Positions 38,945 through 52,990 of a stretch of DNA of 64,000 bases are shown one piece after another. Within the stretch, counting starts at the first letter, position 1, and every line of letters starts with the position of its first letter. Source of the DNA: Paraspadella gotoi (taxonomy: Eukaryota; Animalia; Chaetognatha); assembly GCA_051294375.1 (NCBI GenBank), contig CM119267.1, positions 6,313,992 through 6,377,991 on the forward strand, given 5' to 3'. Made by a program: the position numbers and the translations under genes. A model generated the notes under the pieces. The model did not search any database. It was not told where the DNA came from and saw only the letters and a program-made list of their open reading frames with translations.

Positions 38945-41900
38945 CAAAATTTAATTGTTAGAACCTTAAAATATAAAGTATATTTATTTTACCGAGTTAA
39001 AATATTTTGTTTTATCAATAAAAGATTATTAGTTGAATAAAACTAGCTACATTTATATATTTAAAAAAATCTTTCTATGCTAAAACGAGCGTTCCACTGA
39101 CATTTACAGATAAACAACATCAATTGTTTTTTTTGTGTGTGTATTTTTTTTAGAAAAATGATATATTCTCTTCACAAAGAGATGAATTAACAACAGAAAC
39201 AAGAACAACAACGACGACGATGACGACGAAGACAACGAATTATTAAGGATTATTACCAGCGGCAACAAAAGGTTTTTTTTTAAAACGAAGTCAGACGAGA
39301 TTCGCGGACATTAAGACTTCAAGTGGAATCAGATCTCAAGAACCGGTCCGCTCCCACTTCTCCTCCCACACAGCTCCTCTCCGAAAAGAACTGAAAAGGA
39401 CTCGTGACTCTGAAGACAAATTCGTCTACCTCTTTTGTCGTCGTCGTCGTCGTCGTCATCGTCGTCGTCTCCTTCCAATCTTTCGACGTCGACGGTCATT
39501 CCTCACTCTGTCTCTTCGGATCCGCAACAATGGATCTGGATTTCTCTCTCCCTCTTTCTCTCTCTCTCGGACTTTCTCTCTCTCTCTCTGTCTCTCTTTA
39601 CTCTCTCTCCCTCTCCCTCTCTCTTTCACGCTCTTTACCTCTCTCTCTTTCTCTGTTTCTCTCTGTCGCTCTCTCTCTCTGCGTGCTCGCGTCATCTCTT
39701 ACTCAATACTCCAGCTTCTCTGGATCGCTCTTTCTATTCTCTTCGTCCATCTCTGGTCATGCCTGCCATGCAATGCGGTACTCTCATGCGTTCATCCTAC
39801 TTCATTCTCTCTAATATCTCTACTCATTATACAATGAATGCAATAATAACTAGCCGTCGGACCATACTCTCTCTTCTCCGTCGTGCTACTGCTCATGTAC
39901 GTAAGTCTACTTTTATACATATCCATATCTACTTATTACCCATTCAAAATCACACGAGCGAATGGTTATACTATTATTTTGTCTCTCTATTCCGCCCTTA
40001 TCTGATTCTTCTTCTCTTTCGACAATCTAATACCATCTCAGTCGAACTCTCCTCTCAAAATCTTTCATCATTCATACCTCTTCGTCCCTCCTCTTCTTTC
40101 TACTCCCTCCATTCTTCTCTTTCTCTCTCCTCGCTCTTCTATAACTCTATTCCTCGATGCAATCGTAAATTTGCACCCGTAACAAACCAATAACCTCGTG
40201 ATCTCCTCATAAACCTGCGCCAGGCGCCCGAGCCGACTGTTCGTCCAACGTGCTCTATGGACACCTGGGTATGGGACGTGGGCTTTGTCGATTACTTAAC
40301 TTTATGAAAAGAGGAAAAAGTAGGATACTGGAATGGTGTTCGCAAAGGGAGGTGTGATAGAATATATTAGTGAAGATATTCTGATATCCAATACAATACA
40401 TGAAAAGTTGAGCATATAATATGATAGAAAAACAATAAATGGAGGAGGAGAAAAGAGGAGGAGAGTACTGCTGGCTAAGAGACAGGTTAACAAAAGATGA
40501 TTGGCGAATAAATAAACAAAATATTTCAAATAAAAGAGGCAGTATTCTCTGCCAGATATGGATGTACCTCTAGTTCTCAGTCTCGGCCGAAGTAAATAAT
40601 CTTAGTCTCTTGTCCTCTTATCGCGCGCTTCCTTCGTGCTCTATCATCTCTCTCTCTCTTGTGCTTACCATTATCCGGGTAAAAATAATATACTATTTTC
40701 TACGCGTTTAATCTTTCGCTCTTCTCCTGATCTACGAATGGAAGAACGACTGGTGTCGTACTCGCATCCGTCTCGTCTGTCGTCGTATTCTGTCGTCAGC
40801 ATCGGTTGTTTCTTTGTTTACCGTGTCAAATCGCGCTTGATGCTCGACAAGGCCTTAATTGTCTCTCTCTCTGCGCGTCATATGGGTGTATGCAATCACC
40901 TTTTGTTAACTACTTTTTTATATCAAATATTAAAAGGAATAAACGATTTTTGATCTAAGTTCATTGTTTTCTTCTTTACTTTTTTTTTGGTGTAAGCCAA
41001 CGGTTACTCATTAATTCTTTTCTTACTCTCAATCTCTCTAAGTCTTTTCCGTCTCAGTCTCATCTAGTCGATCGTTTGTGCGTACGCAGTCTCTATTATA
41101 TTTTCCTCTTTTTCGATCCATGTTTCTTTTCCTTTTTTTTTTTTCGATCCGTGAGTTTAAATATAATAGCGAAGCTGAAACACCGGACCGACGGACGGAC
41201 GGACTGACAGACGGATATTCGTCTGAGAACGTTAAGACGTGAGGAAAGAGAGTCTCTGTGATTTGTATAGAGAAGCGAGATTCCAAAATAATTATTTCCA
41301 AGAAGTGGAGTTATTTGATTGATAAAGCTCCCGGAACATGTTTTCTTATGATACTAGTTTTTTTAAAAAAGGTGAAAGATGCGTTTATTAATAAAATTTA
41401 GCCAAAAAAAATATACATAAAGAACTTGATCACAAGCAGTAGCGCACATTATGTAAATAACAGTGATTTGAGAACAAAAGGTAGTATCACTTCGTTTACA
41501 GAGGAAAAAGTCCGTTTCTGTAGTATTAACTTTTAATAGTGCCTATTGAGAAGATGCTGAGTGAGGAAGCGAAGCATCGAGTAACGTGCCGGAACACACG
41601 GAGGAGAGAGTGAAGGATGAGAAGAAAGCCGGCTCCTGAAATGAGCATGAAATCAGAAAAGAGCAAAAGTAGGAATAACCGCGTTCGTCTCGAAGTCACG
41701 TCAGAGAGAAGGAGACCATCGGTCTCCGGTCTACTAATAGATAATGAAAACCTACATGGAGTGAATAGGCAAAAATCTCTCGAATACTTATCTACATACT
41801 TACACACAACAACTTCCTCGCGTTGTCCGGAAAAAACCAATCGGGCTCTCGGATTTCGTGCTTTCTCCTAACTTTTTCATGGAATCCCGGAGTCTGAGAG

Positions 41901-43216
41901 GTTCCGTCTTCTCGCTGTTTGCTACAATTGCCGATTAAAGATATTTAATCTCTAGTCACTACATCAACTGTCACCACTGCGGCCACCACGTTGCGCAAAG
42001 CAATACATCCTCNNNNNNNNNNNNNNNNNNNNNNNNNCAAAATTTTATTTTGTAGAACCTTAAAATATAAAGAGGTTATTTATTTTACCCGATCCGACGT
42101 TCTTGTTAAAATAGGAGTATTTTTGTTTCTTATCTCAATTATATAAAAGATTATTTAGTTGAATAAAATAAGCCAGGTACATTGTAGTAGTATATTTTTT
42201 TAAAAAAATCTGTTTTGATGGCTTAAAACGGAGCGGTGTTTGCTTCCACTGACATTGTTACAGATCATAAACAGACATCAATTGTTTTTGTGTGTGTATT
42301 TTTTAGAAAAAAAGAATGATAATATTTCTCTTCACAAGATAGAAGATGAGATTTAACTACTAGCAACAAGAGCAACAACGACTGACTAAAACCCAAGAAC
42401 CCACAGACGACAAAAGACGACGGACGAACGACGACTGACGACGGACACACCTGTCGAGACGACGAAACGGGAAAATTCTTATTGGAATTTTACCAGCGGG
42501 CATAAACAAAAGTTTCTTTTTCTGTTTTTAAAGCGAAGGTCAGACGAGTAATTCGCGGAAACCACAATTAAGGACTTTCAAGTGCGGTCAGAATCTATCA
42601 ATGCTGACGTCAATACACTCAGGTTCTTCCCGCCGCTCGCATCTTCTTCCTCACCCACACAGCTCCTCTCCGGGGAAAAGGAACTGAAAACAGGGGAATC
42701 GTGACTGTCCTGGAAGACATGTAATCTCGGTTCTAACCTTTTCATTGTCTCGTCCTGTCGTCGTCGCGTATAATCACTAATCTCCGATTGTCTTCTCGTC
42801 CCAATCCTTTCGAGCTCCGGTCTCTCGAGGTCAATATCTCTCACCTCTGGTCCTCTTCGGGATCCACGCGTGACTGTACAATGGATCTGTGGAACATTTT
42901 CTTCTCCACTTCTCCTACTCTCTCCACCTCGGAGACCTTCTCTCTCTCTCTCTGTCTTCCTCTCTCTTTATACTCCTCCCCCCCCCCCTCTTCCCTCACC
43001 GTTCGTCTTAGCGGAGTGTTTAGCTCGTCTAGCGCGTGTTCGCTCCTGTCTATCGGTTCGCTGTTCGCCTTTCCCTCTCTCTTCCACCGGGCTCTTTACC
43101 CTCCGCTCTCTCTCTCTTCTGTTCTTTCGATTCTCTCTGGGTCTTTTCTCTCTTCTCTTCACTCTTCTCTGTTCGCTCCTCTCTCTCTCTCTCTCTCCTC
43201 TCTCTTCTCTCTCTTC

Positions 43217-43271
<55 letters not shown>

Positions 43272-43387
43272 GCCTTCTCGTAACCTAATTCCTACTGTTA
43301 CCTTTCAAAATCCCCGATGTCTTTACTTTCTTCTATTTCGCACTCACTTCTCCCTCACTTCCATCTCCTCATTCTCTCTTCTCTCTC

Positions 43388-43462
<75 letters not shown>

Positions 43463-43866
43463 ACAATACGACTCCACTGCGCAGGCGCGAGGCCGAACTC
43501 GCAACGCGAAGGCCCCGGGATGACGGCCTTTGCGATCGGACAACTCAATAGAGGGAAGAAGGAGTGAGGGGAAAGAGGGATGAAAGAAAGAATGAATGGA
43601 AGCGAATCAGAAAAAATGAAAAGTGAGAGAAAAGAGGAAAAAATGAGGAGGAAGAGGAGGAGGAAGAGGAAGAGAGAGAAAAAAGGATGGAAGAAAAAAA
43701 AATCATTGGAGTATCGCAAATGGAGTCCAGTCGCGTTATCTCTGTCTCAATCGCTCTCTCATTCTCTCTCTCTCTCTCTCTCTCTCTTGTGCTATTATCC
43801 GGGAAAAAAATCTTTTTCTACGGTTTTTTAATTTTCTCCCTTCCTGATCTCGTGGAAGAAACGAGG

Positions 43867-43899
<33 letters not shown>

Positions 43900-44740
43900 T
43901 GTTGTCTTTGTTACCGTCGTCATCGCCGATGTCGACAAGGCGTTATTTATTATTGCCATCATCTATATACCTTTTATTACATAAAATATTTTTATCAATA
44001 AGTTATTTTTTCATGACCAAGGGTTACTATTAATCTTCTTACCAATCAAAGTTTTCGTCAGCATCATCGTCGTTGTCGTCGTCGTCTTCCCTCGATCTTT
44101 CGTCCAGTTCTTTTTTTTTCGATCCGATGAGTTAAAATAATAGCGAAGCTGAACACCGGACCGACGGACGGACGGACGGACAGACGGATATTCGTTGAGA
44201 AGCGTAGAGTGAGAAGAGTCTGGATCTTGTGAGAAGCGAGATTCAAAATAATTATTTCCAAGAAGTGGATATATTTATATGATAAAGCTCCGGAACATGT
44301 TTCTTATGATACTAGTTTTAAAAAAGTGAAAGATGCGTATATAAAATTTAGCCAAAAAATATACATTTAAAGCCTGATCAAGATGCAATTAGTAAATGAA
44401 CAGTGAGTGAGAACCGAGAGATGAGAAGCGAAGATCGAGAAGCGGACACACGGAGAGAAATGAGAAGCGGTTCTTGAAAAGCGATCGGACGCGTTCGTCT
44501 CGAGTCAATCGAGGAGAAGCATCGGTTCCCGTCTCTTGTCCAGACTCTGAGTGGAACAACGACAACAAGTACAACAACGACAACTCCTCGCGTTTTGTCC
44601 GGAACCAATCGGGTCGATGCTTTCGCTTAGCTACTTTTTTTTCATTTGAATTCTGAGGCTCAGAGTTTTCGTTCTTATCCTGTTCTGCACATTGCTAAAT
44701 ACACACTGCACGATGCGCACAGTTGCAAAGCAATATGTCT
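38945..44740. repeat. Noisy tandem duplication (about 38945-42012 vs 42038-44740) across a 25-N gap; probable gap-filling artefact
   Basis: 42038 onward repeats 38945 onward with many inserted bases. About 40560-42012 repeats 43700-44735 with many inserted bases. Each copy degrades toward the gap. Confidence 0.8.
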
Positions 44741-44879
44741 TAACTGTCGCTCTGGATTTAATGTAATTTTTTTTTTATTTATACATCTTTAGCCTTTATT
44801 TTCATTTTTAAAATATCTTACGGTAAACTAAAAGAGATACGAATAAAAGATAATAAATAACCACGAATTTAAGTACGTA

Positions 44880-45070
44880 CATGTGTGTCCCAATGGTACT
44901 GTCGGTTTATAAAAGCTTACTGCTCCTATACCAGATTGAAAAACATGAATTCATGCTCATGAATAAGCGCACAAGTATGGACCATTTCATAGGATACCTA
45001 AATCTTAAAAAATTCACACAGTTCTGAATGATATGTAAAAGTTAGCGGACAGTACCGTTGGGACACACTC
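44880..45070. mobile_element. Non-autonomous Tc1/mariner-type MITE (~190 bp)
   Basis: Terminal inverted repeats GTGTGTCCCAATGGTACTGTC (from 44883) and GACAGTACCGTTGGGACACAC (to 45068) match with 1 mismatch. TA flanks at 44878-44879 and 45071-45072. Ends resemble TA|CAGTGTGTCCC Tc1/mariner termini. Confidence 0.7.
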
Positions 45071-45289
45071 TAGGAGGGACGTTTTAAAAGACAGAATCGG
45101 GATTATGATGGACGAGTTTGTCTCTTCCATTCCTTTTGTGAGATATTACTGATAATTACTAAATGGGTCATTAAATATTTTGATAGATTGTAAAACTTTC
45201 TAACCCACGAGATCTTTCTATTCACCAACTAGAAAATCGGATGCATCTTCGGACGTTCTTTCTGTAAAGTCCGAAGGAAGTTATCGCAA

Positions 45290-45375
<86 letters not shown>

Positions 45376-47519
45376 CTCCTCCCATTCCCGTATAGAGCCA
45401 CAATCGCACAAAACCTGCTTCATCCGGTCGCAGTTTCGCGCCAAAGCGACGGCACGGAGCCTCTCGCCTCGGAACCGACGGCCAGTTATCAATGCCCACA
45501 ACATAAAAACTTTTTTTTTTCTCTCTTCTGCCGCGAGAGCGAGAGAGAGAGGGAGGGAGATGTAGGGAGAGAGGAAGAAGAGATGAGATGATGGGATTAG
45601 GGCGGACTTCGGCATGAGAGTTGCAAAGATCTCTCTCTTTNNNNNNNNNNNNNNNNNNNNNNNNNNNNNNNNNNNNNNNNNNNNNNNNNNNNNNNNNNNN
45701 NNNNNNNNNNNNNNNNNNNNNNNNNNNNNNNNNNNNNNNNNNNNNNNNNNNNNNNNNNNNNNNNNNNNNNNNNNNNNNNNNNNNNNNNATTTTTCGCCAT
45801 GTTGCAAATAGTTGCGAGTTTAAATTAACATAAAAACTAGTGACGATTGAGTTAAATGCCGCCGGAGGAGACGAGCCGAGAAGTTCCGATTCATTTTCCT
45901 CCCTCTCTCCCTCTCTCTCTCTCTCTTCTGTCTTCCTCTTTCTCCCTATTCTCCACTTTTCTCCTTTTTCTCTCCTTTCTTCCTTCCTTTTCTCCTAATC
46001 CTTCTTTCTTTCCTATTTTATTTATTCCCTCTCTTTCCTCCTTCCTATCTTCTTTTTCTAGCTCCTTTTCTCTTTCATCTTCCCCTGCTTCCCTTTCTCC
46101 TCTCCTTTTCTTCCTTCCCTCCCCTCCTTATCTTCCTCTTATCTTTCTCTTTCCCTTTTTCACTCTCTCCTCCCCTACTCCTCCTTTCCTCCCCTTCTCC
46201 TCCTCCTTTCCTCCCCTCCTCCATTCCTCCCCCTCCTCCTCCTCTTCCTCCTTTCCTCGCTTCCTCCGCGTTTTTTATGAGAATTTCTCTACCATCGACT
46301 TTGAGGCGATTTCTCCATTTTTCCGCGCGATTTAACTTTTCTCTTTCCGGTCAATCTCTCGCTCTCCATCGCTCTTTGACTCTGCAACGCTATATCTCGC
46401 TCTCGCTCTCTCTCTCTCTCTGGCATCAGTCGTTGACTCGCCAAGTCCAGGGCTAACTCTCTCTCTCTCTTTCTCACGCTCCGCTTCAGTCTTTCTCAAT
46501 ATTTCTTATCCTTCCATTCACTATCTCGCTCTCTATCTCGCTCTTTCTGGTCACAGATTCATTCTCATCTGATTATCTTTCTTGCCACAGCCTTCCGTGT
46601 GCATCTTCAAGAAATATCGCCACAGCTTCACCGCATTATCCCAACAGCATCGCCGCATTATTACCGCATTTTCACCGCAGTATCGCCGCAATCCGCATCG
46701 CTACTTCCGCCGCCTTCTTCGCCGCTGGCAACAACCGACCATCCCTGACGATCACCCCTACCGTCCACCAAGGACGATCACCCCTACAAATGAACATTAC
46801 CGACTACCCCTGCCGACAATCCCAACCGACCGACAAACCGCCCACCGCTGGCCGACGCGCAACGGCGAGTCATCAGAATTTCATCGGGACGGACGTCGTT
46901 GGCGGGCGGGCTGTCGGCGGCGGCGGACAAGCGGCGGTCCGGCGGCCCGACTCTTGTTAGAGAAATACTACTTCCATCTTAATGACACAACTAGATGCCT
47001 ATTGTCCCCGAGAAATTGTCGCCCCAGAGACGAGAGAGATTATGCAATACATTACTTTTTAATTTTTTCGTCTCTTTTTATTTTAAGGTTTTTTTTTTAA
47101 GGCGGGAGAAGGAGCTCATTGTAAATACTAAGGGTTTTTTTTCCGTCGCTTGAAATTCATCAGTTGTTCTTTTCTCTCTCTCTCTCTCTCTCTCTTCTGG
47201 TCCTCCTCCTCTCTCGTTCGTCTCTCCGTTTCGGGTCGCTACTCTCTCTTCCTTCTCTTCTGTCACGCTGTGACCCGCGATGGGGAGGGCGCAGCAGCCG
47301 CGCCGAAAGAGAATGATGACCCAAAAACGTGATTTACTGCACAGAGAAGAAGAAAAATAAAGAGAAAAAAACCAAATTCTCTTTCCTCCACCAGGCAAAC
47401 ACTTGCTTCCACCGACGGGTGTTTTTCTTTTTTTTTTTTTTTAGACAGAAAGGAAGAGAGAAAAAATAATGAGTTTTGGAAGTATAGAAAATTAGAGAAA
47501 AAGATGATTGTGTCGTCAG

Positions 47520-48200
47520 CCCAGTAAGAGAGAGAGGAGGAGAAGGAGGAGGGAGGGGAGAGGAAAGGAGGGAGGAGAAGGGATGAGGGTAGAAAATAAA
47601 AATTGTAAGAGGGAGAGTAAGAAAATGGAAAAAGAAAATGGAAAAGTAGAGAAAGGAAGGGCAAAAGAAGGGAAAGGAAGAGAGATGATGGGAGGAAAGG
47701 AGAAAAAGAAGGAAAGAAGGAAAGGAGAAAAAAGAAAGGAAGAAGGAAAGGAGAAAAAAGACAAGAAACGAAAAAAGAAGATAGGGGGGGAGAAAAAAAG
47801 GAAGAAGGAAAGTGGAGAAAAGGAAAAGGAAAGAAGGAAGGAGAAAAAAAAGGAAGAAGGAAAGAGAAAAGAAGGAAAGAAGGAAAAGGAAGAAAAAAGA
47901 AAGAGGAAAAGTAGGAGAAGAGAAATAAGGATAGAAAGAAAGGAGAAAAAAGAAAAGGGAAGAAGAAAGGAGAAAAAAAAACGCGAAGAAGGAAAGGAGA
48001 AAAAATAGAAACGGAAAGAAGGAAAGGAGAAAAAAGAAAAGGAAAGGAGAAAAATAAAAGGAAAGAAAGGAAAGGAGAAAAATAAAAGGAAAGAAGGAAA
48101 GGAAAAATAAAAGGAAAGAAGAAGAAAAAGAAAAAGGAAAGAAGGAAGGAGAAAAAAGAAAAGAAAAGAAGGAAGGAGAAAAAAGAAAGGAAAGAAGTGA
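47520..48200 (+). repeat. Long polypurine (A/G) low-complexity tract
   Basis: About 680 bp almost entirely A/G with recurring GAAGGAAAGGAGAAAAAA units; copied at about 57111-57791. Confidence 0.85.
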
Positions 48201-50073
48201 AAGGACGTTCACGTCAATGCGAAGTTAAGGCTGAGAGAAAAGAAGTTGAAATAGAGAGAAGATTAACAAAGAGAGGTTAGCAGAAGAAGGGAGGCAGCAA
48301 GAAGAGAGAAGAAGTGGTCCGGCTAAAGAGGAAGCCGACTGCGCACCTCGACGTCGTTAGACAAAAAAAAATGAAAAAATCGAGTTTTACCAGAAATATG
48401 CAAATGCAGAAAAAAAGGAAGCGCCTCTCGATCGTTTAAACACTGGGGTAATGAAAGATGCCGAAGGCGAAAAGGAACCCAAAAGGATCAAATCTTTTTC
48501 TTTTATTTTATTTTTTTTTTTTTAATCTTTTTCTGCCGACGATCAGGGTTCATTGGCGCTCATTGATGCCAAAAGAAAAATACGTAATGCCCAACCTTTT
48601 GTTTCGTTCGCTAACGCGGTCGAGTTAAAAATATTTTCTCCGGTTTCCACTGATTACTAGACATGTATAAAGTTTTGCCTGCTTACCAACCCTAATAACT
48701 TTGGCCGTCTCCAGTCGCCACGCCCACTCACTATGATCATATCATTAAAGCTGCACTCGCAAAGTTCGGCACGCTGACGACTCGGTCGGAAAATTTTATG
48801 AATAATAATATATAAAATAAAATTTTATAAATTAATTTAATATATTAAAATAATATTAAAATTTGGATTAAATAGTTTAAAATTTTTAATGTTATTAATT
48901 TTTTTCATTAAATTTTTTTTTCGATATTTTAATTTTTTTTATTGGGATTACTGTTTTAGATTAATTTTTTATTCTGATAGAGTTTTTTAAAAGATATGTA
49001 GAAATTAAAAACTTTAATTTTTTTCTATTTAAAAATAGTAAACTTTTTTAAGAGATTATTAAAAATAAAATAATAATTTTTTTAAAAAATAAAAACAATT
49101 CTTATCCATGGTCCACCATCCAGTAGCTTCTAACCCAAAAAAACCAAAGCGGCGTGCCTAAAAACCCAGACGCCAATTTCCAAACCAACGAACGTCTCCT
49201 TTTTTTTGCCCCTGAAGAAGCTTCTGTTGCTAAGTTATCGCTCGCCTTGTCTCACTCTCTCTCCCTCAGCGCTTCATTATAGGACTAATTTCTCAAAAGC
49301 GCGCAGTGCAGGGAATTAGCGGCTTGAACTATGGAAGATTGAACTATGGTAACATAGCTAAGAAACTTCGCGTTGAGATAGCTTGCACTGACAAAACCCT
49401 CCTCCGGACTTCCCAACTCGGTAAGACGCTGAGTTTGTTGCGGGTTGGGGGTGAGAGAGAGGAGGCGAGAGAGAGAGAGAGAGAGAGAGGAGAGAAGAGA
49501 GATGAGAGAGAGAGAAGAGAGAGAGAGGAGAAGAAGAGGAGAGAGGTGCGACGCGAATCGAGACTTAATTTTATTTTGTTGGCGAATCTCTGGAGGAAGG
49601 AGAAAGAAGAAAAAATGTTTTCCGTCTGGTAGAAAAAGTTGGGCGACGAAAATGACGAAAGGAAACTCATTTAGACGGAGATCGAGAGGGGGGTCAGGCT
49701 GGGGGGGGAATGAGTCGGTTATTGTTGTTGTCGTTGTTACGTTTTTGTGGTGAGAGGTGTTTGTTCTTAGTGATTGTTGTCAATGAAAATAGCGGGGGGA
49801 AATGAAGAGATAACAAAAAAGATTTTTTAAGGTAAAAGAAGTAAAAAGAAAAAAGAGAAAAGGAAGAAAAGAGAGGTAATCTATAACAAAGGAAAAGGAA
49901 AGAGCACACACAAGGAATATATAATACAAGGAAAGGAAAGAGAAAGAGGAAAGAAAAAGAAGGAAATCTAGTAAAAATGAAAAAGGAAGGAAAAAAAGAT
50001 TGAAAAAGAAAATAACGAAAAGAAAGAAGAAGAGATAAATTCTAAAAAATAAATAAGAGAAAGAAAAAGAAAA

Positions 50074-50152
<79 letters not shown>

Positions 50153-50513
50153 TAGAATTCTTTCTCTTTTCCTTCTTTTTCTCATTACGTAAAGCAAACT
50201 CGAGGGACGCGTCCAAATAACGACTTTCTTTCCTCCCGGCTAGTGGGGCGGCGAAAATCAGAGTCGGGGACTCCGAATATGCAAATGAGAATGAAATCGG
50301 CCAGAATGTTTAAAAAAAATTTAAGAAGCGGAGAAAGGAGGAAAGGGGGGTGTGGGGTAGGGAGAGGGAAGTGGCCAAGGGTGGGGGGAGAGAATTCGGG
50401 GGGGGGGGGGAGAAGGAATTAAAAACCTAAGCGGATGAAGAATTCTATTAAAAGGTTCGGCGATGGTTATTGCATAGATATCGTCTGCTAATTAGCCAAA
50501 TGAGGAGAGAGAA

Positions 50514-50598
<85 letters not shown>

Positions 50599-51918
50599 GA
50601 GAGATTATTTCACGGAAAAGTCAACGGAATGTCGTTTTCAATGTGTGTGTGATTATGGATCTCGAGGGAAAGATAGGGACGACGATCAAGACGACGACGA
50701 AAACGACGACGACAACGAGACTCTGCGAAAGACAACGGAATCGCGAGTTGGAACCGGACTTGGGAGGCCGCGCGATCCAAGATGGCCGCCGCCTATTATC
50801 GTTTTCCGGGACGAGTTGTCACGGCGTCAATAAATTATTCATTAGAGTCAAATTATAGTTGGAATTGCTATCAATTTTAATTATACAGTTTTATTATTTT
50901 GTCACAAATTTTAGCTAAAAATCAATTTTCTAAAACAATTTGCCTTTTATTCTTTTTAAAGCTTCGTGTAACCTACGAAAGGGCTGAATCATTTAAATGT
51001 TCAACATTATTTCCAATCATTTACAGTTTTTACATAATTAGGTATAATCAATTTAATTATAGCCATTGCAAACGTTTCTAGTAATAGACATATTGAAATT
51101 TTTTATTTTAAAAAATGTAAATAGGTTTTAAATAGGTAAATGGTACTTTATTTATACCCAAATATCATTATTTCAAAGTTCAAACCCATTTAGATGAAAT
51201 AAAGCGGAAAAAAAAATAAACACTCACAAAAAAATTTCATTGTCTTCCATTTTTTTTCTCTTCCTCCATTTTCTTCCTTAATTTCCTTTCCTCCTTTCCT
51301 TCCTTTTCCTCCTTTCTTCCTTTTTCCCAAGATGCACATTTTCCTTCCTCATTAAGATTAATCTAATTCCCTTCAGGTAACGAAATTACAAGTCAACGTA
51401 ATTCGCTTCCGACTTTGAATAACTTTTAATAACGAGATAAACTTTCATTGTTTTCGTTGTACAATTTAACGCTTTGATAAGGTTATTTTTATAAGATTAT
51501 TTTTTTCACAATATCGACATTGTATCGTTTCTTGATCTTTGGTCGTTTGTGTTTAAGTTCAATTCAATCAAAAAAAGTTATTTCGGTTAAGTTTCGATTA
51601 TGTATTAGACTCTTAGGGCAAAATAAGTTATTGTGTAGAACTAAAAAAAAATAACGTTTTTTAAAATAAGGACGTAAGCTACGAGCGTCGAAGTGAATCT
51701 TTATTTAAATCTCATTCATCAATTGGACGATTATAAACGACGTCCCAACCTAATTCTCAAAAAAAAGACGTTACGGAATTGCATTCTATTTCTCCGTAAC
51801 AAATCATTTTTCAAAAATAACTTAGGCATAGCGAAATTTCCTTTCTTTTCGTGTGTTTTGGATTAAGTAGAAAATAAGTTTGAGTTTATTTGCAACAACG
51901 ATTTTATTAGTACATAAG

Positions 51919-51961
51919 GACGTACATGTTTCGGCTTTAGTTACAAGCCTTCTTCAGCGTC
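51919..51961 (-). ncRNA. Minimal type I hammerhead ribozyme (left, inverted pLTR)
   Basis: The - strand reads GACG-CUGAAGA-A-GGCUU-GUAACUA-AAGCC-GAAA-CAU-GUA|CGUC. Stem I is GACG/CGUC, stem II is GGCUU/AAGCC, stem III is the palindromic ACAUGU, and the cleavage triplet is GUA. Confidence 0.8.
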
Positions 51962-52016
51962 ATAGAGAAAAATTGTTTTGTGAACTTTTACCAAATTATT
52001 TGTGCAAAGGAAAAGT

Positions 52017-52080
<64 letters not shown>

Positions 52081-52252
52081 CAGGGCAAAGTTTCCAACAC
52101 AGAGTTGAGAAAAGAATAGTGGCAGATGTGAGGACAGGTCAAGGTGAAGACAGATTGAGTTAGACTGTGAAAAGGAAATTAAATGGTGAAAATTTTTTTT
52201 TTTTTTTTTTTTTTTTCTTTTTTTTTTTTTTTTGAGAGAGAGAGAGAAGGAC

Positions 52253-52283
<31 letters not shown>

Positions 52284-52594
52284 AGAAAAAAGGAACATTA
52301 GTAACAATACATTGTGCAATGTACAACAAAGATAAATGATTTAAAACTAACAGTGAAATAATATTTTTTACATTAAACTACTTAATAAATATTGAGTATA
52401 AAACAGTGAAATTGAAAGATGTGAAAGGAAAGAGAGAATTTAAGTTTAGAAGATATTAATGTGAAAATGAAATTTAGAATTAAGAAAGAGCTCAAAATGA
52501 GCTGGCCCCCTTTGGTTGAAGCAAATGAGTCACTGGAGTCATTGGTGCGGTGCTGCAAAGCAGGGATCTTCCACCTCAGTGACGACCCGCGGTT

Positions 52595-52990
52595 CTCTAC
52601 GAGAGTAATTGGTGAAACCGAAAGGATAAATCCCCAGGACCGAAAACATCAGGAGCCGTCTATTGGGCGCCTGTGCAGGGGCGGGCAACCAGCCTGTGCA
52701 GCAGCATACGGGGCGAGACAGGCAAGTCTCTAACAGACGCTTTCAGCAGCACCACAAAACCTTATCGCGATGCGAGAGGACATTACCTATCTGCGTACGC
52801 TGAACATACAGTAAATACTGCCATCTATTTAGAGAGTCAGACTGGTCTCGTGCTGTCCATGACCAACTGGTTCTCAAGAGGTATTAGAGAGGCGATCTAT
52901 ATCAAAGCCTCGAGCCCTCTTTGAATCAGAATGGAGACGATTCGATCTTCCTCAATGCGATCGATGATACGCTTATCAAAAGCGTAGTGG
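52595..52990 (+). pseudogene. Frameshifted GIY-YIG endonuclease domain of a Penelope-like element
   Basis: Reading across frames gives LRE*LVKPK/DK...SGAVYWAP...CAAAY/GETGKSL../RFQQH...SAYAEH...TNWFSRGIREAIYIK.../SLNQNG./RFDLP. This matches the PLE pattern (KD...GVVY.I.C..C...YIGETGR....R..EH...SA.AEH...R.I.EAI.I....P.LN). Confidence 0.85.

Noticed and set aside
48546-48559. GGTTCATTGGCGC as an ecdysone response element (IR1)
   Set aside because: The second half-site matches poorly.
48774-48796. CTGACGA...GAAA as another hammerhead
   Set aside because: No credible stems I-III.
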